A DNA stretch of 40,000 bases from an uncultured Oscillospiraceae bacterium (GCA_964345295.1 CAYFQG010000011.1:1-40000); one strand, 5' to 3'. Positions 1 to 10,095 are shown, numbered from the stretch's first letter. Notes: generated by a model from the sequence alone, not told the origin. Numbers and translations are program-made.

Positions 1-412
1 TTCATGAAAACAACGATGTAGGGAACGCCAACCTGACGAGCTAACAGAATGTGCTCGCGGGTCTGAGGCATAACACCGTCAGCCGAAGAAACAACCAGAA
101 TAGCACCGTCCATCTGGGCAGCACCAGTAATCATGTTCTTTACATAGTCGGCGTGGCCGGGGCAGTCAACGTGAGCATAGTGACGGTTAGCAGTCTCGTA
201 CTCAACGTGAGAGGTGTTAATGGTGATACCACGCTCTCTCTCTTCAGGAGCCTTGTCGATGTTGGCGTAATCTGTAAAGGTGTTGTCTTGGCTATCTTGT
301 AAGGATAAAACCTTGGTGATGGCAGCTGTCAATGTGGTCTTACCGTGGTCAACGTGGCCTAAAGTACCGATGTTGACGTGGGGTTTATTTCTTTCAAATT
401 TTGCTTTACCCA
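1..412 (-). CDS. tuf: Elongation factor Tu, N-terminal part (gene runs off left edge)
   Basis: Minus-strand translation from the ATG at 412 reads [34 protein letters not shown]...[26 protein letters not shown], which carries the EF-Tu G1 and G3 motifs. An AGGAGG SD lies about 10 nt upstream. The gene follows fusA as in the canonical str operon. Confidence 0.95.
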
Positions 413-583
413 TTTCTAATAATCCTCCTAATTGCGACTCTCGGTAAAGAGCCTTTTCTTTTATTTACTTATTCGGCTGACACCTACAAGGTATTTTACA
501 CTAAAACCCGCTTTTAGCAAGGCTTTAAGTCGCTACCGAAGGTGCCGGCCTGACTAAATAATTTCTGAAGTAAACCCAAGGGC

Positions 584-2650
584 TTACTTCGAAACAACCT
601 TTTCCTGAATGCTCTTAGGCACTTGCTCGAAGTGCGAAGTCTGCATTACGAAGGTACCTCTTCCCTGCGTTCTGGAACGAAGGGCGGTTGCATAGCCGAA
701 CATTTCGGCCAAAGGTACAAAGGCGGTAATCTTCTGAGCACCGGAGACAGCCAGCATGCCGTCGATACGTCCGCGGCGAGAGTTGATGTCACCGATAACG
801 TCGCCCATGTATTCTTCGGGGACGGTGATGTCTACCAGCATGATAGGCTCAAGTAAGACAGGATCAGCTTTACGCATACCTTCTTTGAAACCCATAGAAC
901 CGGCAATCTTAAAGGCCATTTCCGAAGAGTCAACATCGTGGTAAGAACCATCTACGAGGTTTACTCTGATGTCCACAACCGGGTAACCGGCCACAACACC
1001 GGCCTGCATGGCTTCCTGAATACCTTGGTTCGTCGGTTCGACGAATTCTTTAGGTACGGAACCACCGACTGTATTGTTATTGAATTCATATCCGGTACCG
1101 GGCTCCCTAGGCTCGAGTTCCAGGATAACGTGACCGTATTGACCGCGACCGCCGGACTGACGGATGAATTTACCTTCGGCCTTGACAGGCTTGGTGATGG
1201 TTTCTTTATATGCAACCTGAGGTGCACCGACATTGGCCTCTACCTTAAACTCACGGAAGAGACGGTCCACGATAATATCCAAGTGGAGCTCACCCATACC
1301 GGAGATAATGGTCTGACCGGTTTCTTCATTGGTGTGTGTCTTAAAGGTCGGGTCTTCTTCCGCCAACTTCATCAGGGCAATCATCATCTTGTCCTGAGAA
1401 GCCTTGGACTTAGGCTCGATAGCAACACTGATAACAGGCTCGGGGAATTCCATAGATTCCAAAATAATCGGATGATCACCGTCGCAAAGCGTGTCACCTG
1501 TGCTTGTATTCTTAAGGCCTACAGCAGCGGCAATATCACCGGCATAGACTTTCTCAACCTCTTCTCTATGGTTAGCGTGCATGAGCAAGATACGGCCCAT
1601 ACGCTCTCTTTGTCCCTTGGTAGAGTTCTCAACATAAGAACCGGCTTCCAAGACTCCGGAGTAAACTCTGAAGAAGGCTAACTTACCGACATAGGGGTCC
1701 GTTACAATCTTAAAGGCCAAAGCCGAGAAAGGCTCATCATCGGAAGCTTTACGAATATCCTCTTCTCCGGTCTCGACATCCACCCCCTTAATAGGAGGAA
1801 TATCCAGAGGAGAAGGCATGTAGTCGACAATAGCATCCAACATAAGCTGTACACCCTTATTCTTATAAGAAGAGCCGCAGCAAACGGGGATAATATCGAC
1901 ATTAACCGTAGCTTCACGCAAGGCAGCCTTGAGCTCATCGACGGTAATCTCTTCACCTTCCAGGTATTTCATGGTGAGGTCTTCGTTGGTCTCGGCAATC
2001 GCTTCAACCATCTTGTCACGCCATTCCTGAGCCAATTCCTTATACTCATCGGGAATTTCTCTGGCTTCGTACTGGGTACCCATTTCATCCAGATAGACTT
2101 CGGCTTCCATCGCAACCAAGTCAATGATTCCGTCGAAGCTTTCTTCCTTACCGATAGGAATCTGGATAGGCACAGCATTAGCCTTGAGACGGTCCTTAAT
2201 AGTCTGGACAGAGTAGAAGAAATCTGCTCCGGTTACGTCCATCTTATTAATATAGACCAGGCGGGGGACCTTATAATGATCGGCTTGACGCCAAACGGTT
2301 TCAGTCTGAGGCTCAACACCGCTCTTGGCATCCAGCAAGGTAACCGCACCGTCCAAAACTCTAAGTGAGCGCTCTACTTCAACAGTAAAGTCAACGTGTC
2401 CGGGCGTATCAATGATATTGACTCTGTGGCCCTTCCACTGAGCAGTCGTAGCGGCAGAGGTAATGGTAATACCACGCTCTTGCTCCTGCTGCATGTAGTC
2501 CATGGTAGCACCGCCATCATGGGTCTCACCGATTTTATGAATCTTACCTGTATAGTAAAGAATTCTCTCAGTAGTGGTAGTCTTACCGGCATCGATGTGA
2601 GCCATGATACCGATATTTCTGGTGTTTTCTAATGAGAAATCTCTAGGCAT
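584..2650 (-). CDS. fusA: Elongation factor G
   Basis: 688-aa ORF with AHIDAGKTT and DTPGHVDF GTPase motifs and EF-G-like sequence over its full length. It sits between rpsG and tuf. Confidence 0.97.
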   Translation of the reverse strand: MPRDFSLENTRNIGIMAHIDAGKTTTTERILYYTGKIHKIGETHDGGATMDYMQQEQERGITITSAATTAQWKGHRVNIIDTPGHVDFTVEVERSLRVLDGAVTLLDAKSGVEPQTETVWRQADHYKVPRLVYINKMDVTGADFFYSVQTIKDRLKANAVPIQIPIGKEESFDGIIDLVAMEAEVYLDEMGTQYEAREIPDEYKELAQEWRDKMVEAIAETNEDLTMKYLEGEEITVDELKAALREATVNVDIIPVCCGSSYKNKGVQLMLDAIVDYMPSPLDIPPIKGVDVETGEEDIRKASDDEPFSALAFKIVTDPYVGKLAFFRVYSGVLEAGSYVENSTKGQRERMGRILLMHANHREEVEKVYAGDIAAAVGLKNTSTGDTLCDGDHPIILESMEFPEPVISVAIEPKSKASQDKMMIALMKLAEEDPTFKTHTNEETGQTIISGMGELHLDIIVDRLFREFKVEANVGAPQVAYKETITKPVKAEGKFIRQSGGRGQYGHVILELEPREPGTGYEFNNNTVGGSVPKEFVEPTNQGIQEAMQAGVVAGYPVVDIRVNLVDGSYHDVDSSEMAFKIAGSMGFKEGMRKADPVLLEPIMLVDITVPEEYMGDVIGDINSRRGRIDGMLAVSGAQKITAFVPLAEMFGYATALRSRTQGRGTFVMQTSHFEQVPKSIQEKVVSK

Positions 2651-2672
2651 CGAAACATACTCCTTTCAATCC

Positions 2673-3143
2673 CTACCAGCGGAAGTGTGCGAAAGCACGG
2701 TTAGCTTCAGCCATACGGTGCATTTCTTCTTTACGTCTGAAAGCGCCGCCGGTCTCATTCATAGCATCAATGAGTTCGTTGGCCAGACGCTCCTTCATGG
2801 TCTTCTCGCTTCTGGTACGGGAATACTGGGTAATCCAACGCAATGCTAAAGTTTGGCGGCGTTCGGGCCTAACTTCAATCGGGACCTGATAGTTGGCACC
2901 GCCAACTCTTCTGGCCTTGACTTCAAGCATAGGCATGACATTTTCCAGTGCTTTTTCAAATACTTCTAAGCCATCCATGTCGGTCTTCTCTTTGATAATG
3001 TCAAAGGCACCGTACACGATGGACTGGGCTAATCCCTTTTTTCCGTCTAACATGATGTTGTTAATGAGCTTAGATACTCTCACATCATGATATACCGGAT
3101 CAGGGAGAACTTCTCTTTTTGGGACGTGTCCTTTACGTGGCAC
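2673..3143 (-). CDS. rpsG: 30S ribosomal protein S7
   Basis: The ORF track extends to 3194, but the S7 N-terminus [18 protein letters not shown] starts at the GTG at 3143, preceded by AAGGAGGG. This gives 156 aa, typical S7 length. Confidence 0.93.
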   Translation of the reverse strand: MPRKGHVPKREVLPDPVYHDVRVSKLINNIMLDGKKGLAQSIVYGAFDIIKEKTDMDGLEVFEKALENVMPMLEVKARRVGGANYQVPIEVRPERRQTLALRWITQYSRTRSEKTMKERLANELIDAMNETGGAFRRKEEMHRMAEANRAFAHFRW

Positions 3144-3296
3144 TAGTCTTCCCTCCTTTTCATGATAAAACCGGGCATATATTGCCCCTATCACAGGTAC
3201 TCATGGCTCTTCTAAAGCCTTGTCAGTGCTCATTGTCCGCCTACAAAATTATTTGTTCTAGACAAGATGTACTGAGCAAATGAGTTCAACCTGATC

Positions 3297-3725
3297 CTAC
3301 TTCTTGACCTTAGCGGCCTTAGGTTTCTTAGCTCCGTACTTGGAACGGCCTTGCATACGATCTTGTACACCGGCTGTATCCAAAGTTCCTCTTACAACGT
3401 GGTAACGAACACCGGGCAAGTCCTTAACCCTACCGCCACGGATAAGCACAACACTGTGTTCTTGCAGGTTGTGGCCGATACCGGGGATATAGGCCGTAAC
3501 TTCCATACCCGAGGTGAGGCGGACACGGGCGACCTTACGCATAGCCGAGTTAGGCTTCTTAGGCGTAGTGGTCTTCACAACGGTACAAACGCCGCGCTTC
3601 TGCGGAGAGTTTACGTGTGTCGTACGCTTCTTCAAGGTATTCATGTTCACATGTAAGGCCGGAGACTTAGACTTTTCTTGCTTTGTCTTACGTCCTTGCT
3701 TGACGAGTTGGTTGAACGTTGGCAT
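3297..3725 (-). CDS. rpsL: 30S ribosomal protein S12
   Basis: [12 protein letters not shown]...[55 protein letters not shown] is unmistakably S12. The ATG at 3725 is preceded by GGAAGGAGG with a 7-nt spacer. The TTG at 3728 used by the ORF track is one codon too early. Confidence 0.95.
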   Translation of the reverse strand: MPTFNQLVKQGRKTKQEKSKSPALHVNMNTLKKRTTHVNSPQKRGVCTVVKTTTPKKPNSAMRKVARVRLTSGMEVTAYIPGIGHNLQEHSVVLIRGGRVKDLPGVRYHVVRGTLDTAGVQDRMQGRSKYGAKKPKAAKVKK

Positions 3726-3801
3726 CAATACACCTCCTTCCCTAATACTTCATTTTATTCCGTAGTCACAGGCAAAAGGGCACAAGCGTCCTACTTGCGA
3801 C

Positions 3802-3830
3802 ATACTAACTAATTATAGCAGTTTTTTCTT
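3802..3830 (-). promoter_or_regulatory. Candidate sigma-A promoter of the rpsL-rpsG-fusA-tuf operon
   Basis: The minus strand reads TTGCAC, a 17-nt spacer ending in TG-C, then TATAAT (an extended -10, TGcTATAAT). The TATAAT is at 3802-3807 and the -35 at 3825-3830, overlapping the serS stop. Confidence 0.45.
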
Positions 3831-5119
3831 TAGGGTGCAAGTCGCTCTTGACCGCCCATATACTTCCTAAGCACTTCGGGAATAATGACACTTCCGTCCG
3901 CCTGTTGGTTTTGCTCTAAGATAGCGGGAATCACTCTGGACGTGGCCAAACCCGAAGCATTTAAGGTGTGAACATAGTAGGTCTTATTATCATCGGCCTT
4001 TCTATAGCGCATATTGCCTCTTCTGGCCTGGTAGTCTTTGGCATTAGAAGCCGAGCTCACTTCCTTAAAATCATTCATGCTGGGGATCCAGACTTCGATA
4101 TCCCACGTTTTGGCCATAGAAGCCGAACAGTCACCGGCCGCCAGACGGGATAAGCGATAATGAAGGCCCAGTCCCTCGACCAGCTTACAGGCCTTGCCGA
4201 CTAATTCCGCAAAAGCCTTGGGGGAATCCTCGGGCGTGGTGTACTGGAACATTTCGACTTTATTAAACTGATGGCCTCTGATCATGCCTCTTTCTTCGGC
4301 CCGATAAGAACCCGCCTCTTTACGATAGCAAGGTGAATAGGCAAAGAACTTCTTCGGCAAGTCTTTCTCTTCCAAAATCTCATCGCGATAAAGGTTTACT
4401 AAGGCGGTTTCGGCCGTGGGCAGGATAAACTGCTTATTCTGCTTCAAGGTCTCCTCTTCGGTCTCAAACCAGTAGACATCTTCTTCAAATTTCGGGAACT
4501 GACCTGCGGTAAGGCCGGATTGGTAATTCAAAATATGGGGTACCAAGAACATTTCATAACCGTCGGCCAAATGGGTGTCGATAAAGTAGTTCAGCAAGGC
4601 CCATTCCAGTCTGGCTCCGTCACCTTTATAAATCCAGAAGCCGTTTCCGGACAATTTAGCACCGCGCGTGTAATCAATAAGGCCCAGCTTCTCGGCCAAA
4701 TCCACATGATGGAGCGGTTCGAAGTCAAACTCGGGCTTGGTTCCGTAAACCTTCTCCACCTGATTATTCTCTTTGCCGCCCGCTATAACATCCTCATCCG
4801 GCATATTGGGCAGGGCCAGCAAGAAAATCTCCTGGTCTTTGCTAAGCTGGTTAACTTCTTCATCCAAGGTCTTGATGGAATCGGATAATGCCTTCAATTC
4901 GGCCAAAACCTCAGTGGCGTCCTGGCCGGCCTTCTTCAGTTGAGGTACCTGAGCCGACAGCTTGTTACGTTTAGCCTTCATCTGCTCAACCTCAGTGATT
5001 TTCTGACGTCTTAACTGATCTTCTGCCAAAAAGGAGCTAAAGTCTATCTCCAAGCCTCTTTTGGCCAGGGCCTGACTTACCAGGTCCGGATCTTTTCTGA
5101 TTAATTGAATATCTAACAT
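3830..5119 (-). CDS. serS: Seryl-tRNA synthetase
   Basis: 429-aa ORF with an N-terminal coiled-coil arm and a class II core (FRxE-like CYRKEAGS, GLATSR). A GAGGAGG SD lies upstream of the ATG at 5119. Confidence 0.95.
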   Translation of the reverse strand: MLDIQLIRKDPDLVSQALAKRGLEIDFSSFLAEDQLRRQKITEVEQMKAKRNKLSAQVPQLKKAGQDATEVLAELKALSDSIKTLDEEVNQLSKDQEIFLLALPNMPDEDVIAGGKENNQVEKVYGTKPEFDFEPLHHVDLAEKLGLIDYTRGAKLSGNGFWIYKGDGARLEWALLNYFIDTHLADGYEMFLVPHILNYQSGLTAGQFPKFEEDVYWFETEEETLKQNKQFILPTAETALVNLYRDEILEEKDLPKKFFAYSPCYRKEAGSYRAEERGMIRGHQFNKVEMFQYTTPEDSPKAFAELVGKACKLVEGLGLHYRLSRLAAGDCSASMAKTWDIEVWIPSMNDFKEVSSASNAKDYQARRGNMRYRKADDNKTYYVHTLNASGLATSRVIPAILEQNQQADGSVIIPEVLRKYMGGQERLAP

Positions 5120-5140
5120 GGCTTTTTTCCTCCTCTTGGG

Positions 5141-5169
5141 CTGAAATTCTTCGCCAAGTATAGCATAAT
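5141..5169 (+). promoter_or_regulatory. Candidate promoter for the HAD hydrolase gene, implying a leaderless mRNA
   Basis: CTGAAA (5141-5146), a 17-nt spacer, then CATAAT (5164-5169). The ATG at 5177 lies 7 nt after the -10 and no SD is present. Confidence 0.3.
5157..5165 (-). promoter_or_regulatory. Candidate extended -10 (TGcTATACT) for serS
   Basis: The minus strand reads TGCTATACT about 37 nt upstream of the serS ATG. The -35 is weak. No other -10-like hexamer fits in the 57-bp gap. Confidence 0.35.
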
Positions 5170-5176
5170 TGGCAGC

Positions 5177-5863
5177 ATGGATTTACGATTAGTCATTTTT
5201 GATATGGATGGTTTATTGGTTGATACCGAGCGTATCGCCAGAGAAGCTTTTTTCGAGATTGCCGCGAAGATGGACCTGCCCCTGGAAGACTGGCAGTTCC
5301 AATCCGTCTTAGGTGTGAATCGGAGGATGGAAGCGATGAAATTTCGCTCCTACTTCCCCGATTTAGATTTTGATTTCTATATTAATGAAGTTATTAAGCG
5401 GCAAAACGAAATTAAAGAGACGAGGGGTATCCCGGTCAAAAAGGGAGCTTTCCGTTTATTGGAATTTCTGAAAGAACAAGAAATTCCCGCCGTTGTGGCC
5501 AGTTCAACCGAAAGACCCATGGTCCTTAAAATTCTGGATAAGACCGGTCTTCTACCTTATTTTATAGGCTTTGCCTGCGGTGACCAAGTCACACACTCTA
5601 AACCGGATCCGGAAATTTTCCACCTGGCTATTAAAGAAGCCACTGCTTATATCGAAAGACCGGAAGCTAAGAACTATCCTCTTCCGGCAGCTCAAACCTC
5701 CCTGGTCCTGGAAGATTCACACCAGGGCATTAAAGCAGCCAACCGGGCGGATATCCCGGTCATTATGGTGCCGGACCTATTAGAGCCGGACGGAGAGGGT
5801 AAACTTTTGGCCTGCCTGGATGATTTAGACCAGGTCAAGTCCTATTTAGAAAAATTAGTTTAA
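5177..5863 (+). CDS. HAD-IA family hydrolase (beta-phosphoglucomutase/phosphatase-like)
   Basis: HAD motif I VIFDMDGLLVDTE is at the N-terminus, motif II is SST, and motifs III/IV are K...EDS. The ORF is 228 aa. Confidence 0.85.
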   Translation: MDLRLVIFDMDGLLVDTERIAREAFFEIAAKMDLPLEDWQFQSVLGVNRRMEAMKFRSYFPDLDFDFYINEVIKRQNEIKETRGIPVKKGAFRLLEFLKEQEIPAVVASSTERPMVLKILDKTGLLPYFIGFACGDQVTHSKPDPEIFHLAIKEATAYIERPEAKNYPLPAAQTSLVLEDSHQGIKAANRADIPVIMVPDLLEPDGEGKLLACLDDLDQVKSYLEKLV

Positions 5864-6349
5864 ACCTCTTAGATGCCCTTCTGTTCCCAAGCCTTTAAAG
5901 TTTTGCTGCCTTGCATATTCATAAGCGACAATGGCGACAGAGTTAGACAGGTTTAAAGACCTGGTCCCCTCAATCATGGGAATGCGAATCATGCGTTCGG
6001 GATGGGCTAAAAGCAAGGGTTCAGGTAAACCTTTGGTCTCTTTGCCGAAAAGAATCAGTGTATCTTCTTCATAAGCAGGCTCGCTGTAGACCTTAGTCCC
6101 CTTAGTGGACGTATAGTAAATAGCATAATGAACTTTTTCTTTCAGGAGGTCTTCCACATTGTCCCAAAGATATAAGTCGGTCATGTTGTACCAGTAATCT
6201 AAGCCCGACCTTTTCAGATATCGGTCTTCTAGGCTGAAACCCAATTTACCGACCAGGTGTAAACTCGCCCCCAAGGCTACACAAGTTCTAATAATATTTC
6301 CGGTATTCTGCGGAATCTCCGGTTCAACTAAAGCTATTTCCAATCCCAT
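5855..6349 (-). CDS. trmL: SpoU/TrmL-type tRNA 2-prime-O-methyltransferase
   Basis: 164-aa ORF starting LVEPEIPQNTGNIIRTC, with a C-terminal SLNLSNSVAIVAYE trefoil-knot motif. Its start overlaps the whiA stop as TAATG. Confidence 0.8.
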   Translation of the reverse strand: MGLEIALVEPEIPQNTGNIIRTCVALGASLHLVGKLGFSLEDRYLKRSGLDYWYNMTDLYLWDNVEDLLKEKVHYAIYYTSTKGTKVYSEPAYEEDTLILFGKETKGLPEPLLLAHPERMIRIPMIEGTRSLNLSNSVAIVAYEYARQQNFKGLGTEGHLRGLN

Positions 6350-7284
6350 TATTTGATCTCCCCTAAGAGTTCTTTGGCCAAAGTCTCTAACTTACCCAAA
6401 CGATGATAGACACCTGATTTACCGATAGGAGGTACTAAAAGGTCCCCCAGTTCTCTAAGCGAATAACCCGGATTTTCAAAGCGCACCCTGGCCACCTCTT
6501 GTAACTCGTCAGGAAGTGTATCTAGTAAATCTTTATCATCCAGTGCTTTAATAATAGCAATCTGCCGGGCTGCGCTCTCGGCAATACGCCCCATATTGGC
6601 CGTATCAAAATTCACCGTCCGGTTGACCTGCTCATTCATATTTTTTCGGACACGGACACTTTCGAAATCCAAATAGGATTTGTTAGCACCGGTCTCGGCC
6701 AAAAAGTCCGCAATACAGTCGCCGTTTTTAATGTACAAGACAGAACCCGTAAAAGACTCTTGGACAAAATTGCTGATATTGGCCAAGTCCAAAAGATCTT
6801 GGCAAAAAGCTAAAACCTGGGGTCTTCTAAAAGACAAGGCAATTTGGTAAGACTTTTCCGGTGCGGCCATGGATCCCACGGCCAAAAAAACGGCACGCAA
6901 AAGGCACATTCTTTCTTCTTCTTCGAAGTTTTCAGCCTGTTCTGTTACATTGGCCCGCAAAAATTCATAGCCTAAGGTGTCTTCCAGGTTTTCTCTAAGG
7001 CTTGCCACCGCATCCGGCTTATCGGTCTTCCAGGTATAAAAGTTCTTATTAACTTGAATATCGCCCGCTTCACCGGTCAGGCTCTTGGCCACCTGGTCAA
7101 CGGTTTCAATAAAGGGACGGTGTTGGCTTTTAATCGTGATTTCTTTGGACATAAAGGTCGCCGAAGAAGCTAATACCATGCCCAACCACAAATCGGCAAT
7201 AAAAGGATCTTCTAAGAGCCCCTTCTCTTTTTCCAATTCCAGGAACTCTTCTTTTACTTGATAAGAAAAACTGCTGGGTCGCAT
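6349..7284 (-). CDS. whiA: DNA-binding sporulation/cell-division regulator WhiA
   Basis: 311 aa. It has a LAGLIDADG-like middle domain and a C-terminal HTH (SLRELGDLLVPPIGKSGVYHRLGKL) typical of WhiA. It lies directly downstream of rapZ. Confidence 0.9.
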   Translation of the reverse strand: MRPSSFSYQVKEEFLELEKEKGLLEDPFIADLWLGMVLASSATFMSKEITIKSQHRPFIETVDQVAKSLTGEAGDIQVNKNFYTWKTDKPDAVASLRENLEDTLGYEFLRANVTEQAENFEEEERMCLLRAVFLAVGSMAAPEKSYQIALSFRRPQVLAFCQDLLDLANISNFVQESFTGSVLYIKNGDCIADFLAETGANKSYLDFESVRVRKNMNEQVNRTVNFDTANMGRIAESAARQIAIIKALDDKDLLDTLPDELQEVARVRFENPGYSLRELGDLLVPPIGKSGVYHRLGKLETLAKELLGEIK

Positions 7285-7286
7285 GG

Positions 7287-8186
7287 CTAAGCGTCCCTCG
7301 TTTTCTGTAAATCTTTGGCAATATCGCGGTGGACTAAGGTAACCCTATAGCCTGCCTCACGTAAACTCCGGCTTAAGTCTTCCGCCAAAAGAACCGACCG
7401 ATGTCGACCACCTGTACAGCCTACCCCTATGGTAAAGGTAAATTTGCCTTCCCTTATATAGTAAGGCAAAAGATATAAGAACAGGTCTAACTGCTTGTCC
7501 ATAAAAATCCGGGTCTCCGGGAAGTGGTAGACATAATCTCGAATCTCCCGGTCCTGGCCGCTTAAAGGCCTCAGAGCATCCACATAATATGGATTGGGCA
7601 AAAAGCGGACATCTACAACAGAGTCACAATCTTCCGGCATACCGTATTTGAAGCCGAACGATTGGACGACGATAGAGAGCTTTTGGCTGGGATCGGCCTG
7701 GTCGTCTCTGTGGATATATTGAAAAACCTTATCGGCCAAATCTTTGGGCGACAAATAGTCGGTTCTTATGCGCTGATCCGCTTGTTCTAAAAGCGGCTCT
7801 AGGAGTTCTCGTTCACGCCGGATGCCTTGGGCTAGGCCCTGGTCTTTGGCCAAGGGATGGTTTCTCCTGGACTGCTTATAACGACTCATGATGACATCGT
7901 CCGAAGCTTCCAGAAATAGAATTTTATAGCTGATGCCGTTTTCTTGGAGCTGTTTAAGGCTCTGCGCAAAACCCGAGAAATACTCTTTAGACCGGCTATC
8001 GACTACAATGGCCAAAGGCCCCACGCCCAAACCTTCGTTTTGCTTATTGGCTACCAACTTGCTGACCAAGTCTCCTACCAGGTGGGCCGGCAAATTATCT
8101 ATACAAAAATAGCCGTAATCTTCCAGACTGTTGGCGACAACACTCTTTCCCGAGCCGGACATACCGGTAACGATTAAGACATCCAT
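7287..8186 (-). CDS. rapZ: RNase adapter / nucleotide-binding protein RapZ (YvcJ)
   Basis: The N-terminal Walker A reads IVTGMSGSGKS. The C-terminal GCTGGRHRSV motif is diagnostic of RapZ/YvcJ. The ORF is 299 aa. Confidence 0.9.
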   Translation of the reverse strand: MDVLIVTGMSGSGKSVVANSLEDYGYFCIDNLPAHLVGDLVSKLVANKQNEGLGVGPLAIVVDSRSKEYFSGFAQSLKQLQENGISYKILFLEASDDVIMSRYKQSRRNHPLAKDQGLAQGIRRERELLEPLLEQADQRIRTDYLSPKDLADKVFQYIHRDDQADPSQKLSIVVQSFGFKYGMPEDCDSVVDVRFLPNPYYVDALRPLSGQDREIRDYVYHFPETRIFMDKQLDLFLYLLPYYIREGKFTFTIGVGCTGGRHRSVLLAEDLSRSLREAGYRVTLVHRDIAKDLQKTRDA

Positions 8187-9175
8187 TAGTAATCTCCGAT
8201 CCGACGCACTTCGGTCTCCAAGCGTACACCGAATCTATTATAGATTTCGTCTTGGATAAAATGGATGAGGTCTAAAACATTTTGAGCCGTGGCGCCGCCC
8301 TGATTGACAATAAAGCCCGCATGTTTCAAAGACACCTGGGCACCGCCTATGGCTTTGCCTTTTAATCCGGCATCGGTGATAAGTTTACCGACATAGTGGC
8401 CTTCAGGTCTTTTGAAAACCGAACCGCAACTGGGCATATCCAAAGGCTGGGAATGCTCTCGTCTGGCCGTATAGTCGTTGACGCGGTCTTTTATAATCTG
8501 AGGATCGTCCTCTTCTAAAACATAACAGGTCGACAGGATAATTCTCTCACCCTTCTGAAAGGCTGACATTCTGTAGCCGAAACCCTGGTCGGTCCCTTCC
8601 AGGGCCTTAATTTTCAAATCTTCATCTAAGTAGTAGGTTATTTTTGCTACATCCACTGTAGAGCCCTCGTAGGCTCCGGCATTCATGAAAATAGCTCCGC
8701 CGACCGATCCGGGGATGCCTGTGGCAAACTCCAGTCCGGTCAGGCCCTGTGACGAAGCATAACGCGATGCGTCAATCATGGCAGCACCGGCCTCAGAATA
8801 AAAATAGGCCTTACCCCGATGATTCAGCACGGGTCTTTGGTGAAGATGCTGTAAGTTCCAATGGTAATCGTCTTCTCCGGGGAAGTTTTCCAGAAAACCG
8901 TAGTGTCCGAAGCGCTCTCCCAAACTAATAACCAGGCCTCTGATGCCCTTATCCGCTACCAATACATTAGATCCCTTACCTAAGACCAGGCAGGGCATGT
9001 TTTTTTCTTTGGCCAAAGTCAAAAGGTCTATCAAAGCTTCAACCGAAGAAGGTTCGGCGAAATAATCCGCCGGTCCTCCTATCTTGTAAGTGGTGTGCTT
9101 TGACATAGGCTCTTGTTCTAAAACCTTCAGCTTATGTGTCTGTTCAATTGAAGTCCATAAATGATTTGTCATCAT
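8186..9175 (-). CDS. murB: UDP-N-acetylenolpyruvoylglucosamine reductase
   Basis: The sequence HTTYKIGGPADYF...GKGSNVLV...GIPGSVGGAIFMNAGAY is the FAD-binding MurB signature. The real start may be the second ATG at 9172, because the SD (AGGAGG, overlapping the hprK stop) is only 1 nt from the first ATG. Confidence 0.9.
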   Translation of the reverse strand: MMTNHLWTSIEQTHKLKVLEQEPMSKHTTYKIGGPADYFAEPSSVEALIDLLTLAKEKNMPCLVLGKGSNVLVADKGIRGLVISLGERFGHYGFLENFPGEDDYHWNLQHLHQRPVLNHRGKAYFYSEAGAAMIDASRYASSQGLTGLEFATGIPGSVGGAIFMNAGAYEGSTVDVAKITYYLDEDLKIKALEGTDQGFGYRMSAFQKGERIILSTCYVLEEDDPQIIKDRVNDYTARREHSQPLDMPSCGSVFKRPEGHYVGKLITDAGLKGKAIGGAQVSLKHAGFIVNQGGATAQNVLDLIHFIQDEIYNRFGVRLETEVRRIGDY

Positions 9176-9180
9176 ACCTC

Positions 9181-10092
9181 CTAATTGCCGAAAAGGCGCT
9201 TGGTCAGCTCTTCGGCAGCATTGTAACCCATACGGCGCTGGCGGAAGTTAATCGCGGCAACTTCCACAATAATGGCCAAATTTCGGCCCGGCCGTACCGG
9301 TATGGTAATCGAGGGTACGCGTATACCCAAGATGTCGGTAGTTTCTTCATTAATACCCAAGCGCTCATAGGATTTTCGTTCATCCCAAAGTTCCAATTTA
9401 ATAACGAAGTCAATCGACTCCTGTTGCTTGATGGAAGAAACACCGAAAAGTTCTTTAACGTCCAAAATACCCAAACCGCGAATCTCAATCAGGTGGCGGA
9501 TAATCTCCGGAGCCTGGCCTAAAAGAGTCGTATCGGACACCCTTCTCACTTCTACCAGGTCGTCGGCTATGAGGCGATGGCCTCTTTTGACAATTTCCAT
9601 AGCGGTCTCGGACTTGCCGACGCCGCTTTCACCCAGCATCAGAATACCTTCACCGTAAATCTCAACCAAAACGCCGTGCAAGGTGGTTTCCGGTGCCAGT
9701 TCCACATTGAGGTATTTTATAAGAGCACTCATGAAGACCGAGGTGACCTCGGGTGTTCTCAACAAGGGTACGGAATAGCGTCTAGAGCACTCCAGAAGTT
9801 CCACGAAAGGTTCATGCTGGCGAGAAATAACCAAACAAGGAATGCCTCTGGACATCAACTGGTCCAACTTATACATCCTGTCTTCGGCCGTCTGGGCGTC
9901 CAAATAAGCCATCTCCATGTTGCCCAACAGCTGAATACGGTCGGCACCGAAGTGCTCGTAAGATCCGGACAGCTGCAAGCCCGGCCTAGTGACGTCGGCT
10001 ACGGAAATCAAGATATCTTCGGTATTGCCGAAAGAGGTCAATTCTTCCAGATTAAACTCATCAATGATGTTTTTTAAACTAACAGAAGCCAT
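9181..10092 (-). CDS. hprK: HPr kinase/phosphorylase
   Basis: 303 aa with a Walker A GESGVGKSE and the HprK signature IEIRGLGILDV. Confidence 0.93.
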   Translation of the reverse strand: MASVSLKNIIDEFNLEELTSFGNTEDILISVADVTRPGLQLSGSYEHFGADRIQLLGNMEMAYLDAQTAEDRMYKLDQLMSRGIPCLVISRQHEPFVELLECSRRYSVPLLRTPEVTSVFMSALIKYLNVELAPETTLHGVLVEIYGEGILMLGESGVGKSETAMEIVKRGHRLIADDLVEVRRVSDTTLLGQAPEIIRHLIEIRGLGILDVKELFGVSSIKQQESIDFVIKLELWDERKSYERLGINEETTDILGIRVPSITIPVRPGRNLAIIVEVAAINFRQRRMGYNAAEELTKRLFGN

Positions 10093-10095
10093 ATC

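Noticed and set aside
413-583. A possible hairpin or internal promoter in the 171-nt fusA-tuf spacer (TTGCTA-16 nt-TAAAAT on the minus strand).
   Set aside because: It is plausible as the internal tuf promoter known in other bacteria, but the hexamers are common in AT-rich spacers and the stems I found are only 4-5 bp. Support is insufficient for a feature call.
938-1681. Long antisense ORFs in the track, for example 938-1681 opposite fusA, 9577-10077 opposite hprK, 32806-33315 opposite the AI-2E gene and 35653-36042 opposite mfd.
   Set aside because: All lie entirely within, and opposite to, genes with unambiguous conserved products. They have low-complexity or odd composition and no SD. 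They are shadow ORFs.
5120-5176. A search for a T-box leader upstream of serS (and of thrC at 22025).
   Set aside because: The available non-coding space is 57 nt for serS and 1 nt for thrC. A T-box riboswitch of about 200 nt or more cannot fit.
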